From Vicugna vicugna (Eukaryota): a stretch of 64,000 nucleotides of DNA. This document shows, piece after piece, positions 38,401 to 51,622 of this stretch. Each line of letters begins with the position of its first letter. Position 1 is the first letter of the stretch. The stretch is from NCBI GenBank assembly GCA_013265495.1, contig MU058584.1:7902407-7966406 (forward strand). The letters run 5' to 3'. A program made the translations under genes and the position numbers. The notes beneath the pieces are model-generated. The model was not told the origin of the DNA, made no database searches, and saw only the letters and a program-made list of their open reading frames with translations.

Positions 38401-39125
38401 AGACAGGATTTTAGAGTTGGACAGCCCACCAACCAGATGGAAGTAAGGATCCCATCCCTAGTGTTCTGACAGCCCCTGGCTAGTGGTAAGTAGTGCAGTT
38501 GTTAAAAGTTTTGCTGGGAACTGGGATGGGATACAGGTGAAGGGAATGTCCTGGCAGGTGCAGTATCTCGCGAGCTTGAGAAGTTCAAGGGATATGAAAT
38601 TATAGACAATGAACTTAGATGGCTGAGCGCTGTCAGTTAACTGAAAAAAGACAATAAGCAGCCTGATGGTGAGAAATGTTAGTAGTGCTCAGGTTAAGAA
38701 CCCCTGATCTAATGGTTTCAACTATTGATGATCTTGGCTTGAGTCAGATAGTTCATTAGGTTTTATAAGTTCAATCATTTCTTCCACATTTATTAGATGG
38801 AATTCTGTCACAAAGAGCTTTTAATGATCATCTGGGTTTACTTGATTTCTGTAATATTTTCATTTTAGGATAAAAGAACAACCAGCTATGGAAAGAGACA
38901 GTAGGAATAGTCAGAAAATCATTACAGTTTTCACTACAGGCCTAAATTAAGTACAGATAAAGTTAAAAATGTAGGAAGGAGAATCGATAAGATTTGATAA
39001 AGTTACTGAAGGTAGGCAAAAGTTAAGATGACTTCTTGGTTTTCTAACTGGGTGAATAATGGTGCTGGTCATTACTTAAAAGAAAACAAGGATCATGAGA
39101 GATTTGAAGTCATTGAGTTTGAGAA

Positions 39126-39542
39126 GTGTAGCAGATTAAATATCATCCAGCAAATATTCACTTCCTCTTTCTCAGCCTCTATCGGGAAACTGCTCCTCTC
39201 TGAGCCTTTGATGGTGTGCTTGGGTGCCTGGCTGACTTTGACCTATAGAAAGTGGATTAAAATGATAGTTGCTCTGTCAACATCTAAGCCATAAGAGGCA
39301 CTGTGTGTTTCTGCTCAGGGAAGGAGCCTCCGATACTTAACCATGAAAAGAAAAAGCCCCTTCAGTCTGAGTCTGAGAAGGAAACACATATGCAGCAGAT
39401 CTGAGCCTAACCCAGATCTTGGAGCCGAGTTGCTTAGCCAAGCCCAGTCTAGATCAGCTGAATGGCAGTCAACCTGCAGATTCATGAGTGTGAGAATCAG
39501 TGTTTCTTTATCATTGAATGTGTGGTAGTTTGTACGTGGCAA
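39126..39542 (+). mobile_element. MaLR MLT1-type LTR remnant
   Basis: AGCCCAGTCTAGATCAGCTGAA...ACCTGCAGATTCATGAGTGTGAGAAT, typical of older MLT1 subfamilies. Confidence 0.7.
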
Positions 39543-39960
39543 TGCTGCCAGAGAATAGGTTCTTGTCTCAAGCAGGAAAGAATTCAAGAGCTAAGCACAG
39601 TAAAGTGAAAGTAAATTTATTTAGAAAGATACACACTCCATAGGCAGAATGTGGGCCATCTCAGAAGGCAAGAGAGGGACCAGGAGATGTGCAGCTTGGT
39701 AGTTTCATATGCTAATTAGTAGAAGGATTAGTCCAACTATTTTGGAGAAGGGGTGGAGATTTCCAGGAACTGGGCCCCCCCACCCACTTTTTGACCTTTT
39801 ATGATCAGTCTAGGAGCTGTTACGGGGCCTGTGGTTGTGCCATAAGGCTCAAGGTCTACTGAAAGTTGAATCTTCCACCATCTTGGTTCTAACCAGTTTG
39901 TCCTCAATTGCTGAGTCATTCTTTCAGCAGTTGTTCCCTGCCCTCCTTCCCTCTTGTCTA
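39543..39960 (-). mobile_element. Solo ERV LTR inserted at the end of the MLT1
   Basis: Starts TGCTGCC; minus-strand AATAAA (TTTATT 39616-39621); shares GGTTCT...GAAAGAATTCA...TACACTC with the LTR at 63615. The right boundary is uncertain. Confidence 0.7.
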
Positions 39961-41598
39961 ATAAACACATAGGAATAAACACATGAAAACACATAGTACA
40001 GATTTGGATATGCAGGTCTCAGAATTAGGAGAGGATTGCAAAGAAGACAAGAATAGAATAAGAGAAGGACCAAAGACAGAACCTTAGGGAATATTAATGT
40101 TCTGACCAGTATCATTTGGACATGCTCAGTTCTGAGTATTGACTTTTTTTGGTTCCGCAATAATGTTATCAACTTTAAGATATAAATAAGGGTATGTATT
40201 ACTACAAGAATAATCTGTATATGCTACCCAATCACTTAGAGCTGTAATACACACATAGACTCTGGATTACCTAGATAAGATAAAATACCAAACTTTATTT
40301 TTTCTCTGAATAAGACGTTTTATCCTTCAGGGTACATCTTAATATCTTAAAGGGAAATTGTTCTTACTTCTCTTGATTTTACATTCCAACTACTTTGCTT
40401 AGCTGGATTTTGCCTCCATAACAAAACATCTTTCCCAACTTCTAGGTCAATTTCCACTAGAAACCATTCTGTATGTCAACAGTCAGTTGAGAATATTTTA
40501 TTTTTTTCCTTTAGGGCACTGAAAAGCCAATCTTATTCTGCAAAGATTCAAGCTTCCTGTTTTATTTCAGTGTTCTCTCTTTTCCTCCTCTCCCTCCTCC
40601 CCACTCATCTCCTCTCCTCTCCTCCCTTTCTCTTCTTATTGAACCCTCCCCCCAACTCTGCCATTCTGCTCCCTTTCGTAATGACTTTTTCTAATTCCCT
40701 GAGGTGCTAAGAGGATTAACAGCTGTTTTTATTCTTGTGTCCCAACTCCACAAGAACAAAGGTGTATTTTTTGTTTTGTTTGTTTGTTTGTATAGTAATA
40801 GAGTGTTCATCTTCCTCTTAAGTGCCACAGTTCCCGTTAGTTGCCAGAATCACAGTAGCATCACTGACCACAAAAATGCTTTCATTCTAATGGAGCTCGG
40901 AGCCTCAGCTCTAAGTCTAGGTAAAGATAGACAAAGAATTGCATGTAAACCAAAACTCATGAAGTGGGTTGCGGACGCAGTCTCTCTCCCAGTCAGCCCT
41001 TCAGAGCAACTTCCTGTTCTCATGAGGAACAAACCAGAGTGAATGAGTTTATGGAGACAAGAAAGGGGAAAGATAGTGTTATTTCCTCTGCTGAGATTAT
41101 GACTTGACACTCACCCGCTTAGTTCAGACCTTTAACAGAAAGGGGGAGGTGCTGGTAGAGGGCTAGTTGTGGGGGAAGATGATGCACTGAATTTTAGAAA
41201 TACTGAATTTCAGAATCTAGTGAGTTTTTGGAGTGCAGAAGCCTGTTCTGAAGTGCATGTGATTGGTTTGGCCTTGAGCAAGTTGAGTTTGAGGTTCAGG
41301 GAGACTTTCACGTGGAGGTGTCCAATCAGCAGGACTGACACACAGAAGAGATGTCAGGGTTAGAGTGACAGATTTGGGCATTGTTTGTATGTTTGAAGCT
41401 TTGACAGGTGATGGGAAGCTCATGGACTGCTGAAAGCAAGGGCTGAGGGTTGAGCCTTGGGTTATCCCCAATTTGGTGAATCGAAGGAGGAAGTAAAACT
41501 AATGAAAAGGGAAAGATGAGCACATGCGGTAGGGAAACTGACAATGTAGCTGTGAGCATGCCAAGGCAGACAGAGTTCTGAGAAGGCAGGCTTGGTTG

Positions 41599-42180
41599 TG
41601 TAACTGAGCAAGGGCTCAGTGTCCTTGGTGCAGAAAACCAAACTGTGACAGTGACTGTTTGCAGCAAAGTAAAGATTTAGTTGAAGGGCACCCAGCAAGG
41701 GAGTGGGTGACAAGTCTCAGAATCACTCCACCTTGGTCTTTGAGTTAGGGATATTTTAAAGGGGAAGAACAAAGAAACCGGGGTTAATCATCATCTTGTG
41801 ACATTTCTGTGACATTTCTTAATCATGGTTTTAGGAGTCAGGATGTCTCCAGTTTATGATTCCCTGGCCAGGTGGTCCATGGCTTGGGGTTGTGTGGGAG
41901 GACTGTGAGCTCATCTTGCCCTGAAGAAGCAACTTGAATTTGTACATTAATGCTGATGCCTAAAACAGCAATTTTAGTCCATTAACGATGTTAGGGACAA
42001 CAGAAACCTTAGGCCTCTGACTCTGGTTGACTGTGCTGAGCTAACACAGCATTGAGGTCAGAGGAGATAAGAAAGGGAATCAAGTTTTGGATAGACAGCT
42101 TAATCAAAAACTCAGTAGGGGACTTGGTTTTAGGGGGACTTGGTTTTAGGGGGACTCGGTTTTAGGGGGACTCGATTTCA
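41599..42180 (-). mobile_element. Solo ERV1-type LTR (582 bp) inserted in L2
   Basis: TGTAAC...TTTCA termini with perfect 4-bp TSD GTTG (41595-41598 / 42181-42184). Confidence 0.85.
42116..42178. repeat. 16-bp tandem repeat x4 at the LTR terminus
   Basis: TAGGGGACTTGGTTT, TAGGGGGACTTGGTTT, TAGGGGGACTCGGTTT, TAGGGGGACTCGATTT. Confidence 0.95.
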
Positions 42181-45100
42181 GTTGGATCTATCATGAAAGA
42201 GAAACTAGGAGCACAAAGGTTGAGCAAAAGCCATTTGATTTGGTGCTCAGGAGCCACCGAGGACAATTGAGAAGAAAGTTTCAGTGGAATGGTGTGGACT
42301 GGAAGAGAGTGCCTGCAATTAGGGAGGGCTTCACTGGTGAGGAAAGGGAGGAGGAGAAGACAGACAACCTTTCAAAAAATGTAGGCAGGAAATGAAGAAG
42401 AAAAAGAATTCCAAGATTAAAGTCAGAGTTACTTGCCCTGGTGAAAGAAAGTCCAGGGCTCCTCCCTGCCCTGGCCCTGGGATGCTTTGGATTTTATGGT
42501 ATTTGTGATGTTTAGCACCTTTTTAAAAAATATGCAATTATGATTTCTGTCCTCATTCTAAAGAAATGCTCACCTTGGTACGTATTTTATACTTTAATTT
42601 CGTATATTGTATGATATATAAGCTTCTGGTTGCCCAAACCTGGATCTTCTCCAGCAAGGATTGATGTTCATGTAACAGATTCATCAATGAGGGAATTTCT
42701 TCTCTCCCATCTCCTTGGGTCCAAGAACAGCTCTGGTAGAGATGAGTTCTGATTCTCCCAGGGAACATGTTAGTGTGGCAGTTGTGACGGAGCAGCTACA
42801 GCAGTGAACTTGCCCTGAATGTTGAAAGGGCAACATTGTTGAAAGCCACAACTTCATTGTGGCTCCTCTCATGCTGGCCTTTTTTCTTTTCCTTTAACCG
42901 CCCATGGACACAAGCTGGTTGATCAGATTAGCTGCTATTACTTTGGAAGAGGCCTTAGAGGGTGGGACTGGATGACTCTTTGAGTTTCTTTGTCAACTTG
43001 AGGTTCTGTGTTTTGCTTCAAAGAGGAGGACTCCAGGGGTAAGGGAGGCAGAGCTGGAAGATTCCATTAGTGTTTGTGAGCAGGCTGGGAGGGAATGACG
43101 CTGGGGAGGAGGTGAGCAGCTCTGAGGCAGGACGAGGGAGGGGCCAGCATAGGAGGCTTTGTCCAGGTGAGGGGTCTGGGGTGGGCATGGCTGGGATTTC
43201 TGGGCTTGGCCAGGGACACAGACTGATAGGACCAGGGAAGAGTTGAAGCTATACCTGGGAGGAGACACAGGAGAGAAAGCAGTGCCGAAAGGTGAGGGCG
43301 ATGTCAAGGATGAGTGTGGCCCCCAGAGACGCGTCCGGGGCAGCCTGCTCACAGGAAGCTTGTTTGATCACTGACTCATTGTGCGGCCTGCTCTTCCTGT
43401 GTTTCAGTTTCCCCATCTGTAAGATGAGAAGCACCGCCAGGGCCCTGGGAGGAAAAACTAAGACAAACAGACCAAGATGCTGGCGGATACGTTCTCTGTG
43501 GTTTCTATGGTAATAATTCTGGGCTGAAGGTAAAAAAAAAAAAACCTGTTAAGAGAGTAAAGTCCGTCCATTTATTAGTAAAATGCATTTCAAATTGAGA
43601 TTTTTCTCTTGCAGGGGATTGTCACTAAAAGAGAGAATTTTCCTCAAGAATACCCCCAGTCTAGCGGTCTCTGGTTTGTCATTGAAATGCAGAAGCTGAA
43701 CTGGGCACACATTTTTTGCAATAAAGAAAGAAATGGCAGACAAATGTTAGCTCTTTCATTCAAGATAACATCTGTGGAGTACTGACCACGTGCCAAGGTG
43801 CCAGCATTGTAATAGGTGGCAAGACTACAAAGATGGAAAGGGTAGATTTAGCCTTAAATAAGTGGAGAAGGGAAAGCCGCTAATCACAACCACACGAGAT
43901 AGAGGCAGAAGGAGCCTGGAACGCAGGGGAAAAGATGTCTGCACGAGGTCCACGAAGGGGCCGACGGGTGAGCTGGTTCCTGGCGGTGCTCAATGAAGAG
44001 GTGCCGCTAGCAAAATGCAGAGTGGGAGGACATGGAAGGAGAATGTCTCCACTTTGGCATTAAGTCTTAAGTCAGACCATTAGAATGTCAGTTCCTTAGA
44101 AGCTGACACCATGTTTGATTCATCTTTGTCTGTCCTGGGGACTTTTTCCAGAACTTTGCCCCCAGTGGAACCCCAACAGACCTCTGTGTTTAATTCACTC
44201 CCTTGTCTAGAAGGATTCAGTAGCTTTCCACTGATGATGAATAAATTCCAGACCCCTCTTCTGGACTCTGAAGCCCTGTATAATCTCTATTAATCGTGAA
44301 CTGCTTTGCCCTTCCCCGGCTCGAATCTGTGACTCATCACACGACTGGCTGTTTCTCATCCTCAGGTTTCCAAGTAAACGTTCTCTCCTCAGAGCGGTCT
44401 TGCTTCATCAGCTAGTCTGAGCAGACTCCTCGTACTCCATCCTGATTTTCCCAATTATTGTACCCTATTCCTAAAATATGTATTGAATAAATTAAATGTT
44501 GATTGTAATGATAATAGTAATAATAAAACCTAAAATTTACTGAGTGCTTAGAATATGCTTGGCATTACGCTTCCTTCTTTTTTTCTTTTTTCTCTCCATT
44601 ATTTTTGTCTGCATGATGAGAACACTTTAGATCTCTTATACTGAGTGTACAATACATTATTAAGTATCGTTACCGTGCTGTATGTTAGCTCTCTAGAAAT
44701 CATTCACCTTACAACTGAAAGTTTGTATGTCTGTTGTATGCTTATTTGTTTAGGCACATTAATTCCTCTAGTCCTCATAATAAATGCATGAGGTTAAGTA
44801 CTCTTATTATTGCTACTTTATAGAAGAGGAAACTGAAACTTAAGAGAAGCCAAGCAAATTGGCCAGGAAACACAACCAGTGTTATAGTGACAGCTTAGAA
44901 ATGAGGACATCTGGCCTTAGAGCAGATACTCAAACATACTTAAGACTTTTAAATACTGCCTCTTGAATCTGTTTGAATGCACGAAGTGTTAGCAAACAAT
45001 CATCATGTATTTATTTCAGATCAGCCCTGTGTTCTGTGAATTTTTAAATGACCAAGAAACTTCTCCTACAATTCCTATTAGCATCCATGGCATCAAAAAA

Positions 45101-45231
45101 TATTCCCTGTTTATTATTACTAGTAAGAGGGAAAATGAACTGAACTCTCTCCTTTCTGCCTACTCTCAAATTTCTGTTGGTCACCATTCATGTGATACCA
45201 GTGGGCTTGTAGTCGGTGGAGAGCCCCAAGG

Positions 45232-45390
45232 TGGTGCTTCTCAAACAGTTCTGCGCATGAGAATTACCAGGGGATCTTATTAAAATGTAGTTTCCGGTTC
45301 ATAGGGCTGGGATGGGGCCCAGGATTTTGCATTTCTAACAAGCTCCCAAGTGAGCTGATGCTGTTAGGGGACCACACTACGAGCCGCATG
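45232..45390. mobile_element. MER5A-like hAT MITE
   Basis: GTGCTTCTCAAAC...TGCATTTCTAACAAGCTCCCA...GGGACCACACT. Confidence 0.8.
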
Positions 45391-45934
45391 TTCTAAGGGG
45401 TGAATGTCATGTGGAACACCTGGGTGTTTGCTCCTGTCCCCAACAGGGGAAATAAGTTCTAGTAACTGGCATCTGGGCATAGAACTTGGTATGGACTGAG
45501 GATTAGGGTATGTAATTACACTAGAATTTAATCTCCAGGAGATCAGGGTCCTTTCCTGCCCTTTTAAACAACATGATCCCAGTTCCTGGCACAGAGTTAG
45601 GGTTCAATGATTATTGAAGGAAGAGAGTTTGTCCTGGCTTGGGAGAGTACATAAGAATTCATAGCCTCATTCTTCCATTTCTTCTCAGTTCTGGGGTAAG
45701 TGAGTGGAATCTATATTTCAGGAAAGTGATCATTCTTTCTGCAGCAGTTACCCACATGAAGGGAGCAACAGGTGACCATGTGGCAGAAGGAGGGAGAAAA
45801 TGAAATCCCATGACTTGAACTTCTACTTTGATGAATAGTCAAGTCCCTGTTGGATCTGGCTTTTCTCATTTAGGGCCGTACACAGTAGACAGATCCCTGT
45901 CACTCTGGAATTGAGGTGGCTCCTGGACACATTG

Positions 45935-47390
45935 GTTCATTCGTTCAGAGGCATCATTCCAGGGGCTTATGATACATTAGGGAACAAAGAAGGCCTCTAT
46001 CTCACAGAGCTTTTACTGCAGCTGGTGGAGACAAATAATACATTAAATAAGTATATTATATGTTATAAGGTTATAAGGGCTAAGGAAGATTGAGATGTAG
46101 AGCAAGGTAGGGGAGATCTTGAGGTATGAAGCAGAAGCAGGTTATAATACTAAACAGGGCAGGCAGAGTACATCTCTTTGAAAAAGTGACATTTGGGTAG
46201 AGACTTGACGGGAGTAAGGGAGTAAACCAGGCAGATTTGGGGGTGTGCATGTTGCCAGGCAGAGGCAACAGCTGGTGTAAAGGACCTGAGGCAGTAGAGT
46301 GGATGGAATATTCCAGGGACAGCAAGGAGGTCAGTGTGTCTAGAGTGAAGTAAAGGATGAAGAGAGTCATAGGAAATGAGGTCAGAGAGGTAAGGAGGAG
46401 GTGAATTATTCAGGTAGGTTCTCACAGGAATCCGTAAGCACTCTGGCTTTCACTATGAGTGAAATGGTCCTGTAGAGCTTTGATCATAGGAGTGAGCTGA
46501 TCTGATTGGTGTTTTTAAAGTATCTCTCTGGTGTCGGTGTTGTGGATGGATTATGGATGAGCAAGGGACAAAGCAGAGAGACCAGTAGAGCTATGGCAAT
46601 AATCCTTGTGACTTGTTGAGAAGTAGTCAGATCCTAGGCATATTTTGATGGTAGAGGTAACAGGATTTCCAGACTGGGAGGGTGTGGGTTGTGAGAGAAT
46701 AAGAGGGATCAGAATATGCTTCCAAAGTTTCTGACCTGAACAACGAGAGGGCTGGAGGTAACAATTAACTAAGGTGGAGACATCTGAGGGTAAAGATCAG
46801 GCATTCAGGCCTGAGAGAGATAAGGCAGAGTTCTGTTTCTGTGGGATTTCCAAGTGAAAAAATGAAGTAGGCAGTTGTGGATGTGCGATTCTAAAGTTCA
46901 GGAGAGAGGTCTGGGCTGGTTACCAAAAGGGGGAAGTCCTGGCATTTAGGAGATATTTAAAGTTATGACACTGGAGGAGTGATGGTTGACAGAGGACAGA
47001 GGACCAAGGACTCAATCTTGGGGTTGATACTGCAGCACTAAGAGGTTGAGAGGAAGAGAAGGAGACAGTGGAAGAGCTGGAGAAGGAGTGACCCATGATG
47101 TAGGAGGAAAAAAGAATGGGAGGGGTCCTAGAAACCAGGTGAGGAGAATGTATTGAGGAGTGAGGAGTGATCTCCTACGTCAAATGCTTCTGATAGGTTG
47201 AGTAGGATGACAGCTGCGAATTGCTGAGAATTGATCAAGGGAGTCAGCAAAGTCAGGGTCATTGGCGACCTTGGTGAGAGCAGGTTTGGTAGAGTCATGA
47301 AGACAAATGTCTAATTGGAGTTTAAGAAAGAATAAGAAGAAAAATTAGAGACAGCATACAGAGACTCACTTGAGGACTTATGTAGTAAAC
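45935..47390 (-). mobile_element. Long L2 LINE remnant
   Basis: Purine-rich L2-antisense motifs (AAAGGACCTGAGGCAG, GGAGGTCAGTGTGTCTAGAG, TCAAATGCTTCTGATAGGT, CATTGGCGACCTTGG). Other L2 pieces occur near 8990-9930, 15230-15810, 20930-21450, 28880-29720, 41160-42400 and 53960-54450. Confidence 0.82.
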
Positions 47391-50300
47391 TATAGCATAT
47401 TATCAAAATATTCAATCATGTAAGAAAATTGAGAGAAATGGAAAAGAAATTAATGCTATGGTGCAAGAGGAAGAGTAAAGAGGAGTGCAGAAATTAATGA
47501 AATTTACTTATTAGCAGAAAAATAATAGGCATCCAAGGTGATATTTACATCACTTTACTGAGCTTTCAGTTTGTAAATCCAAGCACCAAAACAACATTTC
47601 CCACTCACACTTCTCCACATCTTTGCACAACTCAAAGGAGTGTGAAAGCACCTTTAAATGTTTGCACTTGAACAAGAATGACAAAAATGGTACGTGATGG
47701 ACGTCATCATTTTTTCTTGTAAATGAAATAACTATATGACAAGACATGACCAATCCAAGATGGCTGTTTCTGATTGGTGGAGGGGAGCCCCCCAACTCAG
47801 CCCCTTTCCTTAAACTGTCTTCATTATTCAGGACCATGTCACTTTGTTCTTTCCCAAATTTATTTGGAACCGATGGTCAACTAGTCACCTTTTACAAATA
47901 TGGGATTCTAACTGGATTGAACCACAGCTTCCTTTACGTCTGCATTCTAGATGGTTTGTTCTTTGTAATGGAGTAAAAGAACAGAAAAGGAATCCATTCA
48001 TTCAACAATTTGGAATTGAGGCATGGATGAGTAAAGCTTGGGGGAGTTTAAGATTAACTTCTTGTTGTCACTGTGACCTTAAGAAAATCACCTCATTCCA
48101 TGTTTTATTTGTTAAAGGAGATGACTGGATTTGATCATCTCTAAAGATCCTCCTCATGGTAACATTTACTTCTAAATATCACCAAAGGCCCTTATTAGAA
48201 CAACCAGCACTGCTCTACCAGCTGTGCCTTTCAGTTCCTAAGTAGTTTACAGCCAAGTTGGTAAGACAGAATTCACATATAAAAGGTTAGAAGACCACGA
48301 AAGGGTCAGAACCAAGGCAGCCATAGGCCTGCTAAGTGCCAAGTAAAAGTTTTAGATCAGCTCTGCTCTGAATTGCAGGAGGGGGAAATTATGGAATGAA
48401 GTGGTAAAAGCCATTTCTAGAGAAGGTGAGAGTCAAGAGCTGGACTCACTCACATCCCTTGAAAGATGGACAGTAGTGAACCGGACAGAAAGACGTGGTG
48501 GAGAGCAAACAACAGTAACGTTCTTGGTGTGTGCAAGGACTGATAGGCTAATCCCTCTCTCGCCATGTCTGAGCAGATGTTTCGTGGATAGGGAAAGATT
48601 AGGACACAGGTTAACTGATGGGGCTCATAAGCCTTTTTAAGGTCTCATTTTAGTCAACAGTTGTGATATTCCCCCTCAATAAACTCTTAATTTTGAGTCA
48701 CTAAGAAGAAACAAAACTAAGAAATTATTCATCCATTCAGAGCCAACCGCCCCCACCTCTCCCTGATGCAGAGTCAGGACACTCCCAGAGATGGACAGAG
48801 AAGTTGAGCGTGTTTGGGAGACAGGATCAGAGCCTGCTGTCTGTCTGGACTCTTGAAAGCACACTCCTTGGTCATGAGCTGGGTCTTACTGCCTTCCTGG
48901 TGTGTACAGGGAAGGAATTTTTGTAAGTCAGATGTATAAATGCCCCTATTAAATAAGATGTCCATGGTGTAAGCAATCTATGCACCTTGCCTCCACTTCT
49001 GTAATGTGTATACCTTGTATAAGGAGAAGGAACCCAAGAGGAACATGTTGACTCACCCAGCTCAGAGCTGCCCAGGCGAGTCACAGTCAAAAGGCTTGTT
49101 CCCTGGGAGAGTCTGAGGAATAAGCATGGGTGTGTGTGGGAGGCGAACATGGGCACGATGTCCAGAAAAAAAATGCAAAGAGAGGACCTTGGCTTTGTCC
49201 CCTTCCACTGCCACTTTCTCAACCCCATACCCTGCCCCCTTCCAAGTCTACTTTCAGTGTCCCTCCAGGACTTCACTTCAGGAAATCAGCCTCTGCTCAT
49301 CTAATGGAGGATGAACTGATTGTCAAAACCAATCCCCCAGTTCCTGCCTGCTCATTCTCCTGCTAGCATACCTGTCTGCAGCCTCACTCTGAAATACCAA
49401 ATGCTTTTTCCTACCAGAACAAAGGAAAAATGCTTTTGTGTGAGCCCCATCCTGTGAGAATGCATTTCCTGGCAGTGTGCTGCTGTTGAGTCTCAAGATA
49501 GGCTTTGGTTGAGGTTCCAAAATCTTTTTTATAATGAACAAGGGCTGTAAGTGGATAGCCTTAGACCAGAGTTGATTTTGGTAACTTCTGTCAAGCCCTC
49601 AATAGACATTTAAGGGGATGGATGATTTAAGGGGATAGGGGATAGATGATTATAATCTCTACAGCTCTAGTGCTGTTTTACTATAATTATAAGAGATTAT
49701 ACAAAAAACCGAAAATAGTATTGTTGGGGAAATCAATCAAATAGTCAGACAGCCTTTTCTGTCTTGTGGTGCTATGCTTACAGCTATTGGACAAAAACAG
49801 AGGTTTTGATGTTTGCTTGTTTTCCGTTTGATAGATTTCTACTCTCACGAAGGCAACTACTCATCGTGTGTACTCATCTGCTTCAAAAGGAAAAAAAAGG
49901 AAGAAAGAAAAAAACCCAGAACCTCCCTCTCTCTCTACCCTCCACCACATAAAAAATCCAATTAGATTCCAAATAAGATGCACGGTAAATAAAGGACACC
50001 TCCTTTGGATGACTTGATTCATCCAAAGAGGAAGTTTATGATACTTTAACATGGGTGATGGTTGTTTTCAATCTTTTCCTTCTCAAGGGAAACACAACTC
50101 ATTTGCACACACCTGTACCTCGTGTAGACATGAGGTCCTTTTTCACCTGCTCTGTGGGCTGGTCTCTTGAACTCCAGTAATCCATTCATTGCCCTGCTAT
50201 TGAAATCTTCTTTTAAAATCACACACATACTTGTGCTGCTCACTCCTTTGCTATGGCTTGTCACTGACTTAGAGTTTAGTCCAAATTCTTAACAGGGCTT

Positions 50301-51622
50301 ACCTACTGCTCTGGCCTCCAGGTACCTATGCAGCTACACTGACTATTACCCTCCAGCCCCAGCTGAACTTCCCAGGCTCTCTGCTCGTGTACCTGATGGT
50401 TGTCAGTTCCTCAAATACGGCAGATGATAGTCTCTTGCTGCCTCCAAGCCGTCCCTTCATGGAGACTGCCAACCATTACTCCCTTCCCCTCAGCCTCACA
50501 CACATACACTCTTGGCTTAAATAACTCCCATTTGCTATTCAGGACTCAGCTCATACATCACTTTCTTTAGGAAGGCCTTCTCTGAGTCCTCACACTCTGT
50601 CAGAGCCCCTAGTTTTTAATTCGTAGCGTCCCCAGTATTTGCATACTAGAATTTTCTGAATCATTCCTGTTTGTGCATTTAGTGCGTGTCTTCCCCACTG
50701 GACCATATACTCCATAAGGGGGAGTTCTGTTTCTTTTCGCCACTGTGGGCTGGGGTTGTAGCTGGCACATAGGAGGTACCAAAAAAACCATTTTCTGCTT
50801 AATGCTGCCTCCCTGTTTCAGGATGTTTTGCCAGCAAGTAGCAGCCTTCTCAGACTCAAATGTACCTTTAAAATAAGGTTTGTAATTCTTTCACATAAAG
50901 TTCAGGGTTGGGGTAAACTTCAGGGTTTGTATTGATTTAGCAGCCCAAGTGTGTCCCACAGGATCCCTCCACTCCTACCACGCTGGGCTTCTTTTTGGGT
51001 AACATGGGTGTTGGAGATGCCCCAGAGTCTGCCTTGCTGTTCAGCCAGGCTGAGAAGGAAAAGACCACAGCCATGGACACTTTACAGAGAAACCAGGCTT
51101 ATGACCTCCAGAGCTGAAATTGCCCCAAATGTTGGCCTTGGTGCTCCCTGCCCTCCATACCACTAATTCAGCAATGGTTACAAAGACCCCCAAGATTCCA
51201 TAAAAATGATCACTTAGGTGGTGTTCTGTATCTTTCAAATAAAGTGTTGACCATCACTTTCTCAATTCAATGAGAACTTCCCTGGCCTCCTTTAAAAAAA
51301 ACCGAACAAACCCAAAACAAAAAAAAAAACCCAAACTCATACATACAGAGAACAGGTTGGTGGTTGTAAAGTTATCGTTATAAAATAAATGTCATGGAGA
51401 TCACTTCACAATATACACAATTATCAAATCACTATGTTGTATACCTGCAATAAATATGTTATATGTCAATTATGCCCCAATAAAAATTAAATAAAATTTT
51501 AATAAGAAAATCAGTGTGATAGCAAAACCGCCCCTCAGTCTGCTCCCATTCCTAACTTCCCAAGGATTTAAATTGAAGCGCTTCTGAGTAACCCTTCTTT
51601 TCAAGGAGCGCTAGAAATTGGC

